A stretch of 64,000 nucleotides of DNA from Azolla caroliniana (lineage: Eukaryota > Plantae > Polypodiophyta): assembly GCA_043228905.1 (NCBI GenBank), contig JBHGNT010000016.1, positions 11,594,001 to 11,658,000 on the forward strand. The letters are read 5' to 3'. This document shows positions 50,554 to 62,212 of this stretch, in pieces; within the stretch, counting starts at the first letter, position 1; each line of letters begins with the position of its first letter. The translations under genes were made by a program, and so were the position numbers. Below the pieces are notes generated by a model, which saw nothing but the letters and a program-made list of their open reading frames with translations, was not told where the DNA came from and searched no databases.

Positions 50554-53271
50554 TGAGCGATGGGGATCTAACTGTTAAACACAGTGCTCGGCCACAACCG
50601 AGGAATAGGATTAACTTACAGAAAACGGGAAATACAAAATGCACGAAGATAATGGGGAGAAGAGTACACAGGATATTTTACGTGGAAAACCCTAAGTGGG
50701 AAAAACCACGGGAGTCCTCAGACTCCAACTATCACTATAAACAGAGATGTACAATGGTGAAGCTACAAGGCAACAACCTTGAGCTCACTGTCTTCACCAC
50801 AGGCGGCGGTAATACACTGAGGCAACGACCTCTTCGTCTCTCTCTCTCTCTCTCTCTCGGCTGCTCTCACTTCGCTCCCTCTAAAAAGGAAAAAAACAGA
50901 AAATGAGCAACAACAACAAAACTGTTTGCCCTAAGTCATATTTATACACATATGACTTTAGGGCCATTTACAAATATGGCCTCAAGGACCCTTGGCAAAC
51001 ATATTCACAAATATGTCCCCGCATCTGGATTTCTCTCCGGGTACATTCGTCATCCGGCTCTGTAGCCGGGGTCTTCAACATCCGGCTCCGTAGCCGGGGT
51101 CTTCTTCATCCGGCTCCGTAGCCGGGGTCTTCTTCATCCGGCTTCATGCCGGGTACTCTTCATCCTCCGGTTCCGTAACCGCAACCGGGCTTGCCGTCAT
51201 TCATTTCCGGACATCCCATCCGGAGGGACCGAAATCCCAACAAACTCCCCCTTCACTTCGGCATGGGATGTCTTTCCAGTCCGACCTTCTTCCGGCACGC
51301 TTCCAGCTTGTCGGGTGTGAGCACTTTGGTCAGCATGTCTGACCCGTTCTCGTCCGTGTGGATCTTCGTCAGCACGAACTCCTGGTCTTCTATCCTTTCC
51401 CGGATCCAGTGATATCTTCGCTGGATGTGCTTCGTCCGGGAGTGATAGGCCGCGTTCTTCGCAAGGTGGATGGCACTCTGACTGTCGCAGTAGAGTCAGT
51501 ACTCCTCCTGCCGGATACCGAGCTCTCTAATGAAGTCCTTCATCCATATTATTTCCTTGCCGGCTTCAACAGCCGCCATGTACTCCGCCTCCGTGGTTGA
51601 CAATGCAACCGTCTTCTGCAGCCTCGACTGCCAGGAAACAGCTCCCCCTGCATACGTCATCACATACCCTGATGTGGACCGGCTGGTATCTGCATCAGCC
51701 GACATATCCGAATCGGTGAAGCCGTCGAGTTCGGGTTTACCGGAGCCGAATCGGAGGCACACGTTTGCCGTGCCCTTCAGGTATCGGAGTATCCACTTGA
51801 CCGCGTTCCAGTGCTCTTTGCCGGGATTGCTCATGTACCGGCTCACCACTCCGACTGCATATCCTATGTCCGGTCTTGTACACACCATTGCGTACATCAA
51901 GCTTCCGACGGCGGAGGCATATGGCACTTTCATCATGTCCTCCTTCTCAGCCTTTGTCTTGGGGCTTTGCTTGCTGGACAACTTGCAGTTTGCCGGGAGG
52001 GTTGACCCGACCGGTCTTGCTTCCGACATGTTGAACCGGTGAAGCACCTTTGTCACGTACTTCTCCTGTGACAGCCACAACTGCTTCTTCTTCCGGTCCC
52101 GGATGATGTGCATCCCTAGTATTTGCCTCGCCGGACCCAGGTCCTTCATTGAGAAGGTTCGGTGAAGCGCTTTCTTCAGCATCCGTATCTTGACCTGGTC
52201 CCGTCCGACGATCAACATGTCGTCCACGTACAGGAGGAGTATTAGAGAGTCTCCTCCTTCGAACTTCTTCACAAACACGCAGTGATCGGACTGCGTTTTG
52301 TGGTACCCTTCGTCGGTATAAATATGAGGCTTAGGGACTAGGGAAAGGTATAAATATGAGGCTTAGCTACCCTCATAAGCACATTTCGTCGGAAGGCTGT
52401 TGTCTTAGACACCGGTGGTGCAGGCTAGGTTTTCGTCTCGACGATCGTATGGGATGTCAGTGGTAGGTTGGCTATGTCTAGATCATAGCTCGGGGGTGGT
52501 CGGGTGGAACGGGTTCTTCTATCCAATCTATTTTCCTTCTTTTACTTTACTTTGGTTTATTGATTAGTAATACTTAACAGTGGTATCAAATCATTTACTA
52601 ACAATTTGTTTTTTGTTGTTTTGATGTTTTTGTGTGAGCGATGGGGATCTAACTGTTAAACACAGTGCTCGGCCACAACCGAGGAATAGGATTAACTTAC
52701 AGAAAACGGGAAATACAAAATGCACGAAGATAATGGGGAGAAGAGTACACAGGATATTTTACGTGGAAAACCCTAAGTGGGAAAAACCACGGGAGTCCTC
52801 AGACTCCAACTATCACTATAAACAGAGATGTACAATGGTGAAGCTACAAGGCAACAACCTTGAGCTCACTGTCTTCACCACAGGCGGCGGTAATACACTG
52901 AGGCAACGACCTCTTCGTCTCTCTCTCTCTCTCTCTCTCTCTCGGCTGCTCTCACTTCGCTCCCTCTAAAAAGGAAAAAAACAGAAAATGAGCAACAACA
53001 ACAAAACTGTTTGCCCTAAGTCATATTTATACACATATGACTTTAGGGCCATTTACAAATATGGCCTCAAGGACCCTTGGCAAACATATTCACAAATATG
53101 TCCCCGCATCTGGATTTCTCTCCGGGTACATTCGTCATCCGGCTCCGTAGCCGGGGTCTTCTTCATCCGGCTTCATGCCGGGTACTCTTCATCCTCCGGT
53201 TCCGTAACCGCAACCGGGCTTGCCGTCATTCATTTCCGGACATCCCATCCGGAGGGACCGAAATCCCAACA
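50554..53271 (-). mobile_element. Rearranged copia of the 57353-62976 family: LTRs 50554-51242 and 52635-53271, RT/RH 3' fragment
   Basis: ORF 51496-52278 is nearly identical to RT/RH of the 58139-62212 polyprotein. PPT from 51243. 52334-52634 duplicates 50253-50553. Confidence 0.9.
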
Positions 53272-53586
53272 CTAACAAGGCTCGTCATGCTCTTCACAGG
53301 ATCAAAACAACATTCTTAACCCGATATTCTTCTTTCTTGATCTCTCTCTCCTTTTCTATGATGCGTACTTCTTGGTCGAATCAAATTTGTATTACATTTT
53401 ATTTTCTTTCTTTCTACTTTCTACCATGCTACGATTTTAATTATTATTGTGCATCGGGCCACGCGTGTTTGCACTAATCACACACGCTCAACTCATGGCC
53501 CTTTTCAATATTGCGATGTATCTCCCACTCTCCCCTCTCTTGAGCCATCTCTTACAATAATAATTATTCTTGTGCATTGGGTCAAG

Positions 53587-54308
53587 CGTGCCTTTCGGGT
53601 CCGGATCGTTTGCGTGAGTCGGGTGGGAACCGCCGAGGTTTTGGACTAGGAGAAAGAAAAATACAAATAAGACTAGTAAAGAACAGGTATAAAGAGTTAT
53701 AAGATAAGAATCTCGTGAATCCCACGAGTTTAGTATATTTAGTCAATATTTAGGTAGTAAGAGAGAATTATTTTTAGCAAATTCGTGAATCCCACGAATA
53801 TTTTAGATTGATTGATCATTATAGAAAAATAATCAACAAAAACTACAATGTGCTCCCCATCCTTATATAGTGATGGGAGAGACTAAGTATAGCTACATGC
53901 TTTTTCTAATATGTTCATGCACACTAAATGTGCATGTGATGCTTTTCTAATCCTTGCTTTTATTTGCTAAATATAGTGCTCATGCACGCTAGATGTGCAT
54001 GAGTCACTTTTTTAGTTGCTTGCGTTTTTTCTATAAAATATTCACGCACTCTAAAAATGCATGATTTACCTTTTAATAAAGGTAGGCGTAAATAAAGGAC
54101 TTATAGTTATTAAATCTATTTGTAGAACACTAAAGATAAGGTAGCATAATGGTAAAGTTGAGATTTGGCTATGTGGAGGTACAAGGTTCGAATCTTGCCC
54201 TATGCACGTGATAAATATCTTGATATTCTTATTTTATTTATTTATATGTAATTAAATCGGTTATATTATTTTTACTTTTTCACGTAGTGTACGAAATACA
54301 CTACGACA
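53587..54308. mobile_element. Second, inverted copy of the 44418-45090 element
   Basis: Reverse complement of 44418-44880 at ~53845-54308 and of ~45010-45088 at ~53587-53665. One end lacks its terminal 3 nt. Confidence 0.88.
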
Positions 54309-55524
54309 ACGCTCACCTCATGGCCCTTTTGGATATGATGTTGCGTATGCCACTCTTCCCTTTATTGGGCCATCACTTGGCCGATTCTATGGGATGTTGT
54401 GGCCTTGACAAGGTGTATGTTGCCTACCTATGCCACTCTACTCTCTATTGAGCCATCACTTGACCGATTCTATGGGATGTGGTGGTCTTGAGGAGGTGCA
54501 TGTCGACTACCCAAGGGTTTCTTACCTTATGGCCTGATTAATGTTCATACACCTAATTGATTATTATTCTACCTATTTTTTAAGTACACAATTTATCTTC
54601 TCCCTTTCTTAAGATTTTCTTATGATTTTCATCTACCCACCCACACTTAACTATTTTTTTAACCTTAATTTTTATGTTCATCTACACTATTTACGTGTGT
54701 TTCCCTATTGGGTAACGATTTTGTGTAGTCTATCTTTTTCGTATTAAGTGGGCATCATGCCGCTTTTTAAATATTTTTTCCAAAGTGTCCTCTAGGTTTA
54801 ACTCATGTAATTGAGCCTTAGGACTCGATTAAAAACACATGAGTTCCCCTATTGATGTTTAAATACTCATAAATTTGAGTACTACATCTTTGTGCACAAC
54901 ACCACCACCATTTGTATCAACTTGTGGCTTATGTCACAATTGTGCACATTACAATCGCCATATTGGGATGGATATGTGCATACCTCGCACCATCCATTTA
55001 TTGGTGGTATTTTTGTTTAGTAGACAACGCATGGGTTTTGAACCTTGCTTTCGTCACTTCTTGACTCTTACAGATAGTGACTTCTTTTTCTCTTTTTTTC
55101 ATAACATTTGTTTGCTACTCGCAAGACTAGAATATTACTTGCGAGTGCACTTGTTCTTTCACGTAATACATGTTCTCGACCATATTAATACATGTTGGGT
55201 TGACATTCTAATATAAGGCTAACTAGGAAACTACATTGATGTTAGAACCATGGTTGAGCCTCGGGGAGCCACCATGATTATTCAAGATAGAGATCCGAGA
55301 AAGACATCTTAGTTATGTTTTCCCCCATCGTTTTTAAAACACCATAGTGTTACCATAGTTATCGGATCTCGAATCACACCTCATATGTCTAGAGGGGTAA
55401 AGACGTGAGATGCTTGCTTGGTAAAGTTCTTACAATCAAAATTTCAAGCATTCATTTTGCTTGTGTATTTTCTGAACCTCCTTATTTATATTGCATACCC
55501 ACAACTTGCATCATGGAATAAGTT

Positions 55525-56480
55525 TTGAACGTTGTTGGAGCAATCTCTCCAACCGAGATGTCTCAACTCCAATCCGCATCTCGCACACAAACTGCGATCA
55601 CTATTGAGCAATTGCTCACTACTACCTTGAATCAATTGGCCGAAATGAGGCAAGCCAATCTGGCATTGGAAAAGAAATTCCAAGAATTGACTATTGAGTC
55701 CAAGAAAGAAGGTGAACCTTCTTTCGTAGTAACGCCATTCAAGGGAGATAAGAAAGAAAGAATCGAGGAGGCCATTAACACTTGTCTTGGTCGTTGGGAG
55801 TCTCACTTTGAACTCCACCCCAAGCCTGATGCTGTAAAAATTGGTTATGTCGGTCGTGAGTTAGGTGGCCAAGCTGCTGCTTGGTGGCGTGGCCTAAGGA
55901 CTGCAAGGAACTTACACACAACTTGGGAAAGTTTCGTTGATGTTTTTAAGAAACAGTTTTTGTAGCCACCTTCTCAAACTGAACAAGCACAACACTTGCT
56001 CACGTTGTCGAGTAAGCCATTTACCTCTCTCAAGGATTATGTGCATCATGCTCAGACCCAGATCCAAAAATCGGGACTTATAGGTGAGAAATGGTTTTTT
56101 GCTTGCTTTTTGAATGGTATTCCCAATGGGGATTACCATTGGATTGTCCATGACAAGGACCCCACAACTTTTGAGGAAGCCGTCAACATTGTACTTCGGT
56201 ACCATAGGACTTCCAAGAAAGACCACAATAAACCTGAGTTCGTGAAAACTCTGAGTGTCAAGTTCATTGGGAAACAGTAAGCAATCCAGTGGCACTCTTG
56301 ACCGCGACTCCAAGAAACCAAACCTCTTCTGTGCATATTGCAAGAAGCGGGGCCACACAAAGGATACCTATCGTCGTCTTGAGAGGAAGTCAATGAACAC
56401 CCCTCCTGAAGACAAATCTACGAGTCACATAGGTGAGTCTTTTGATGTTGTTGAAGTTCATACCAACCACTTAAATTCAT
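55525..56480 (+). pseudogene. Decayed retrotransposon gag (gypsy-like capsid plus zinc knuckle)
   Basis: QAAAWWRGL...TWESFVDVFKKQFL and CAYCKKRGH in one frame, broken by stops. Confidence 0.7.
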
Positions 56481-57352
56481 GTGAATCCACGCTGCCAATA
56501 GCTCCTCCCGGTTCATCTCGTCCTTCCAGTCCACCGCAGCCCAGGAAGAAATCGTCCGCTCCACTGGCATGATCAGCTTCTGCCCATACATAAGGTCCCC
56601 CGGCATGAACCCGATCACCGAACTGTGCGTAGTTCGATCCGCCCATAGTGCCTAAGGTAGGAGCCGCGGTCATTTCCCAACTTGACCTTCACACGCGCGT
56701 ACTAATGCCTTCACAAACGGCTCGTGCTCGTGCTCTATCTTCCCGTTGGCCTCCGGATTATATGTCTTCGTCTTGTTCTGTAGGGCGCGACCCTCCACCT
56801 GATTCGTCAAGTCCTCCCGCGCAAGCACCAGGTACCGCATCTGCCCTACCCCCATCGACATTGTCACTAAGTCTACCATCCACTTGAAATGAACGGTCGG
56901 CAGGTAGGTTGGGTGCAACTCATCTCAATGTCGGATCGCGGAGTGCATCTGACAGTTTTCGCATGTTGTTACGAATCGGTGCACGTCCCGGTACAACCCC
57001 GACCACCAATACTTCTCCTTCAGCTTCTCGAACGTGCCCCATGTGCCGCGATGCCCGGCCTAGGGACTCTCGTGGTATGCCGCTAGCAACCCCTCTTGCT
57101 CTGCCTTTCCTGCCACTACGCAGAGTGGGACACCACCTTGCTTCTTCGGGTGCCTCCATAGGCTCCTGTCCCGAAGGAAGAAATGGTACGCTTTCTTCCG
57201 CATACGGCTAGCCTCTTCCCTTGTCCATGCCGCGTCCAACACCATTGTTTTCAGGAACCTGCCGATCTAGAGCCACTCCCCGTCGAACTCGTTAAGCACC
57301 GGAGTGCTCCCCGCCCTTGTCGTCATGTAAGCCGACTCGATGAAGTCTACGC
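56481..57352 (-). mobile_element. Ty3/gypsy integrase remnant, left flank of the nested copia
   Basis: KWMVDLVTM, AREDLTNQVEGRAL, YNPEANGKIE and LMYGQKLIMP fragments. Confidence 0.8.
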
Positions 57353-57420
57353 TGTTGGGATTTTGGTCCCTCCGGATGGGATGTCCGGAGATGAATGACG
57401 GCAAGCCCGGTTGCGGTTAC

Positions 57421-57627
57421 GGAACCGGATGATGAAGACCCCGGCTACGGAGCCGGATGATGAAGACCCCGGTTACGGAGCCGGATGACGAAGACCCGGC
57501 TACGGAGCCGGATGATGAAGACCCCGGCTACGGAGCCGGATGACGAAGACCCCGGTTACGGAGCCGGATGACGAAGACCCGGCTACGGAGCCGGATGACG
57601 AAGACCCGGCTACGGAGCCGGATGATG
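57421..57627 (+). repeat. 27/28-bp tandem array (~7.5 units) in the 5' LTR; counterpart at 62291-62496
   Basis: Unit GGAGCCGGATGAYGAAGACCC(C)GGYTAC. Confidence 0.93.
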
Positions 57628-58138
57628 TATGTACCCGGAGAGAGATCCGGATGCGGGGACATATTTGTGAATATGTTTGCCAAGAGCCCTTGAGGCTATA
57701 TTTGTAAATAGCCCGAAAGTCATATGTGTATAAATATGACTTAGGGCAAACTGTTTGTATGCTGCTGAAAAGTTGCTACTCAATTTTTGTTTTTCCACTT
57801 AGAGAGAGTGAAGAGAGCAGCCGAGAGAGAGAGAGACGAAGAGGTCGTTGCCTCTGTGTATTACCGCCGCCTGTGGCGAAGACAGTGAGCTCAAGGTTGT
57901 TGCCTTGAAGCTTCACCATTGTACATCTCTGTTCATAGTGATAGTTGGAGTTTGAGGACTCCCGTGGTTTTTCCCGTATAGGGTTTTCCACGTTAATCCC
58001 TGTGTCATCGTGTCTTTCTCTGTGTTTCCTATTTTCTGCTGCATTGATTCGCGATTACTCGGTTGTGGCCGAGTGGCGAAGCCGAATCGGAGCGTTGATT
58101 CGCAACAAAGTGGTATCAGAGCGACGGCAGTGCAGAAA

Positions 58139-61100
58139 ATGGAAGGCGGCAGCATCGGGCAGCCGGGGATGATGGTGCTGAATGCACAGAACTACGCCGA
58201 CTGGAAGATCAAGATGGAGGATCTTCTGATTGTTCGGGACCTGTACGAACCGATTGACAGGTCGGAAATACCGAAGGGGGTACTTGAGACGGAATGGAGG
58301 CTTCTGAACCGGAAAGCCGTAGCGACGATCCGGCAATATGTCGATGTAAGCGTCCTACAGCATGTGGCGAACGACACCAACGCATACGAGATGTGGAAGA
58401 AGCTGTCGGGCCTCTACGAGAGGAAGAATGCGTTGAACCGGACCTCCCTGATGAGGAAGATAGTGAACCTCAAGTACCGGGACGGCGAGAGTATGGTGGA
58501 ACACGTAAGCACGTTCATGGGATTCGTGAACCAGCTTGCGGCGATCAAGTTCCCGTTGGAGGATGCAATGCAAGCCATCATCTTGATGTGTACATTGCCG
58601 GAAAGCTGGGAGAACTTGGTGGTGACTCTCAGCACCTCCTGCACGGAAGATAACTTGTCCCTACAAACGGTAAAGACAAGTATTTTGAACGAAGAAGCGC
58701 GTCGGAGAGATAAGGAACCGGCCTCCGACTCAAAGGCGCTGCTTACCGAATCGGAACGGGGAAGACAATGGAACCGGAGTCCACAAAGACGGGAGAAGTC
58801 GGGGACCCGGTCGCAGTCAAGAGGAAGACCCACATGCTTCCACTGTGGGAAGCCGGGGCACTTCCGGAAGAATTGTCGGCATTACCGAAAGGACAACGGA
58901 GCCGACGACCCCGATTCGAAGAAGTCACCGGAGAGAAACGGTGCATACCGGGGAGCCACGGACCGGAGAGGTTCGGATCGGCGAGGGCAGGACCGGAAAG
59001 GAACGACGGCACTCGCGGCAAGTGAAGAGGAGATCATGCTCATTACCGAAGAGAGGGAGCTGAACCTTGCCGGAGAAGAGATGACCTGGGTGGTCGATTC
59101 CGGAGCGTCGTTCCACCTGACCCCGGAGAAGAAATACTTCTCATCCTACACAGCCGGTGAGCATGGTTGTGTCCGGATGGGAAATGAAGATACATGCCGG
59201 ATTGCCGGCATAGGAGACGTGTGGCTGATGACATCAACCGGATGCAAAATGCTGCTGAAGGATGTGCGACACGTTCCGGAGGTTCGATTGAACCTGATTT
59301 CGGCCGGGAGGCTAGATGATGAAGGCTACACGGGTAGCATCCGGAACGGTGTCATGAAGTTCAGCAAAGGGAGCCTGATAGTGGCTCGGGCCCGGAAAGT
59401 CAACACGTTGTACCTGATGAATGCCCGGTTATGTCCGGAAGAGCTGAACGTGGCAGCTGACACTGCCGGTGAGCTATGGCACAAGAGACTGTGCCACATG
59501 AGCGAGAAGGGGATGAAGAGGCTTGCCGAAGACAACCTGATACCGGTAAAGCATGTACACTTGGGGAAGTGTACCGACTGTTTGGCCGGTAAGCAAAACC
59601 GGACCTCCTTCCACTCAAGGCCACCGACGAGACGTAGTGCACCATTGGAGTTGGTGCACACTGATGTGTGTCAGGTAGAAACGAAGTCACATGGCGGAGC
59701 CCAGTACTTCGTAACATTCATTGATGACCACAGCCGGAAGCTGTGGACGGCACCGTTGAAGACAAAGGACCAAGTGTTGTGCGTCTTCAAAGAACTTCAC
59801 GCGAGAGTGGAAAGGGAATCCGGCAAGAAGCTGAAAGCGATACGAACGGATAACGGAGGGGAATACCGGGGACAGTTCCAGGAGTACTGTCGCTCGAAGG
59901 GAATCCGGCTCGAGTTTACTGTGCCGAAGACGCCAGAACTGAACGGGCTGGCCGAGAGGATGAACCGGACCATAATGGAGAGGGTCCGGAGTATGCTGGC
60001 GCATGCGAAATTACCCAAGGGGTTTTGGGCTGAGGCAATGTCGACGGCGACATACGTGATAAACAGATCTCCCTCAATACCTTTGGACGGAGACACGCCG
60101 CAGAAAGTGTGGACCGGTAAGGAAGTGTCCTACCGGCATCTGAAGGTGTTCGGGTGTCTCGCTTACGTGCATGTGGCAAAGGACCGGAGAGGAAAGCTAG
60201 ATCCAAAGACCCGGCCATGCATATTCCTCGGTTACGGCGACGATGAGTTCGGCTACCGAGTATGGGACCCGGTCGACAAGAAGATATTCAGGAGTCGAGA
60301 CATCATCTTCATGGAGGACAAGACACTCGCCGACTGGGAGTCGGAGAAGAAGATGAAGAGCTCCAAGTCGACCGGTGAGGATAAACTCTACGAGGAGCAG
60401 TCCCGACCGGCAAGGGACCGGTTAACACTCGAGGATCCGGCCGAAGACGGTGAAGAAACAGAACCGGCCGAAGAAGATGAAAACGATACCGGAACCGGCC
60501 CCAATCCCGAAATGGATTCGGATGAAGAAGAATCGGAAGAACCGGTTACCGAAGCTCCGGAACGGAGATATCCTCTAAGAGAGAGAAGGGCCCCCCGGAG
60601 ATTTCCGGAACCAGAGCACGTGCTGCTAACCGACGAGGGGGAGCCGGAGAGCTTTGAAGAAGCGAAGCATGACACCCATAGCCGCAGGTGGTTAAGTGCC
60701 ATGCAGGAGGAGATGGATTCCCTGCATGAGAACCACACATATGAACTTGTGGAGCTGCCGAAAGGAAAACGGGCACTCCGTAACAAGTGGGTGTTCAAGC
60801 TGAAACCGGGAGATGCCGAAAACCCCCCGAGATACAAAGCCAGGATCGTGGTGAAGGGGTTTCAGCAGAAGAAGGGCGTCGACTTCGACGAGATATTTGC
60901 CCCGGTAGTGAAGATGACCTCCATCCGGACGGTGCTGAGCATAGCGGCAAGCATGGACCTCGAGGTAGAACAGATGGACGTGAAGACGGCATTCCTTCAC
61001 GGTGACCTCGAAGAAGAGATATACATGCAGCAACCGGAAGGATTCGAGAAGAAAGAGAAGGAGCACTTGGTATGCCGGTTGAAGAAGAGCCTTTATGGTT

Positions 61101-62212
61101 TGAAGCAGGCTCCCCGGCAGTGGTACCGAAAGTTTGACTCCTTCATGACCGATGAAGGGTACCACAAAACGCAGTCCGACCACTGCGTGTTTGTGAAGAA
61201 GTTCGACGGAGGAGACTCTCTAATACTCCTCCTGTACGTGGACGACATGTTGATCGTCGGACGGGACCAGGCCAAGATACGGATGCTGAAGAAGGCTCTA
61301 CACCGAACCTTCTCAATGAAGGACTTGGGTCCGGCGAGGCAAATACTAGGGATGCACATCATCCGGGACCGGAAGAAGAAGCAGTTGTGGCTGTCACAGG
61401 AGAAGTACGTGACGAAGGTGCTTCACCGGTTCAACATGTCGGAAGCAAGACCGGTCGGATCGACCCTCCCGGCAAACTGCAAGCTGTCCAACAAGCAAAG
61501 TCCCAAGACAAAGGCTGAAAAGGAGAATATGATGAAAGTGCCATATGCCTCAGCCGTCGGAAGCTTGATGTACGCAATGGTGTGTACAAGACCAGACATA
61601 GGATATGCAGTCGGAGTGGTGAGCCGAAACATGAGCAATCCCGGCAAGGAGCACTGGAACGCGGTCAAGTGGATACTCCGATACCTGAAGGGCACGGCAA
61701 GCGTGTGCCTCCGATTCGGCTCCGGTAAGCCCGAACTCGACGGCTTCACCGATTCGGACATGTCGGCTGATGCAGATACCAGCCGGTCCACATCAGGGTA
61801 TGTGATGACGTATGCAGGGGGAGCCGTTTCGTGGCAGTCGAGGCTGCAGAAGACGGTTGCGTTGTCAACCACGGAGGCGGAGTACATGGCGGCTGTTGAA
61901 GCCGGCAAGGAAATAATATGGATGAAGGACTTCATTAGAGAGCTCGGTATCCGGCAGGAGGAGTACCGACTCTACTGCGACAGTCAGAGTGCCATCCACC
62001 TTGCGAAGAATGCGGCCTATCACTCCCGGACGAAGCACATCCAGCGTAGATACCACTGGATCCGGGAAAGGATAGAAGACAAGGAGTTCGTGGTGACGAA
62101 GATCCACACGGACGAGAACGGGTCGGATATGCTGACTAAGGTACTTACACCCGACAAGCTGGAAGCATGCCGGAAGAGGATCGGATTGGAGAGACATCCC
62201 ATGCCGAAGTGA
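58139..62212 (+). CDS. Copia Gag-Pol polyprotein, 1357 aa from the ATG at 58139
   Basis: The first ATG after the PBS gives MEGGSIG, matching MEGSVSG of the other intact copy. All domains are present without stops. Confidence 0.97.
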   Translation: MEGGSIGQPGMMVLNAQNYADWKIKMEDLLIVRDLYEPIDRSEIPKGVLETEWRLLNRKAVATIRQYVDVSVLQHVANDTNAYEMWKKLSGLYERKNALNRTSLMRKIVNLKYRDGESMVEHVSTFMGFVNQLAAIKFPLEDAMQAIILMCTLPESWENLVVTLSTSCTEDNLSLQTVKTSILNEEARRRDKEPASDSKALLTESERGRQWNRSPQRREKSGTRSQSRGRPTCFHCGKPGHFRKNCRHYRKDNGADDPDSKKSPERNGAYRGATDRRGSDRRGQDRKGTTALAASEEEIMLITEERELNLAGEEMTWVVDSGASFHLTPEKKYFSSYTAGEHGCVRMGNEDTCRIAGIGDVWLMTSTGCKMLLKDVRHVPEVRLNLISAGRLDDEGYTGSIRNGVMKFSKGSLIVARARKVNTLYLMNARLCPEELNVAADTAGELWHKRLCHMSEKGMKRLAEDNLIPVKHVHLGKCTDCLAGKQNRTSFHSRPPTRRSAPLELVHTDVCQVETKSHGGAQYFVTFIDDHSRKLWTAPLKTKDQVLCVFKELHARVERESGKKLKAIRTDNGGEYRGQFQEYCRSKGIRLEFTVPKTPELNGLAERMNRTIMERVRSMLAHAKLPKGFWAEAMSTATYVINRSPSIPLDGDTPQKVWTGKEVSYRHLKVFGCLAYVHVAKDRRGKLDPKTRPCIFLGYGDDEFGYRVWDPVDKKIFRSRDIIFMEDKTLADWESEKKMKSSKSTGEDKLYEEQSRPARDRLTLEDPAEDGEETEPAEEDENDTGTGPNPEMDSDEEESEEPVTEAPERRYPLRERRAPRRFPEPEHVLLTDEGEPESFEEAKHDTHSRRWLSAMQEEMDSLHENHTYELVELPKGKRALRNKWVFKLKPGDAENPPRYKARIVVKGFQQKKGVDFDEIFAPVVKMTSIRTVLSIAASMDLEVEQMDVKTAFLHGDLEEEIYMQQPEGFEKKEKEHLVCRLKKSLYGLKQAPRQWYRKFDSFMTDEGYHKTQSDHCVFVKKFDGGDSLILLLYVDDMLIVGRDQAKIRMLKKALHRTFSMKDLGPARQILGMHIIRDRKKKQLWLSQEKYVTKVLHRFNMSEARPVGSTLPANCKLSNKQSPKTKAEKENMMKVPYASAVGSLMYAMVCTRPDIGYAVGVVSRNMSNPGKEHWNAVKWILRYLKGTASVCLRFGSGKPELDGFTDSDMSADADTSRSTSGYVMTYAGGAVSWQSRLQKTVALSTTEAEYMAAVEAGKEIIWMKDFIRELGIRQEEYRLYCDSQSAIHLAKNAAYHSRTKHIQRRYHWIRERIEDKEFVVTKIHTDENGSDMLTKVLTPDKLEACRKRIGLERHPMPK

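Noticed and set aside
54134-54206. Functional tRNA gene
   Set aside because: Acceptor and T stems pair poorly and there is no convincing anticodon arm. Kept only as tRNA-like.
44418-54308. A single 9.9-kb transposon with ~0.7-kb TIRs
   Set aside because: The left copy has its own CCGG TSD inside a copia LTR and the outer flanks share no TSD, so these are two independent insertions.
57961-57995. GTGGTTTTTCC...GGGTTTTCCACGT motif shared by several LTR families
   Set aside because: A motif I recognise as common in plant copia LTRs, so not novel.
58010-58138. N-terminal extension of the 1400-aa ORF
   Set aside because: It starts at a non-ATG codon inside the LTR and crosses the PBS. The homologous element starts at the Met equivalent to 58139.
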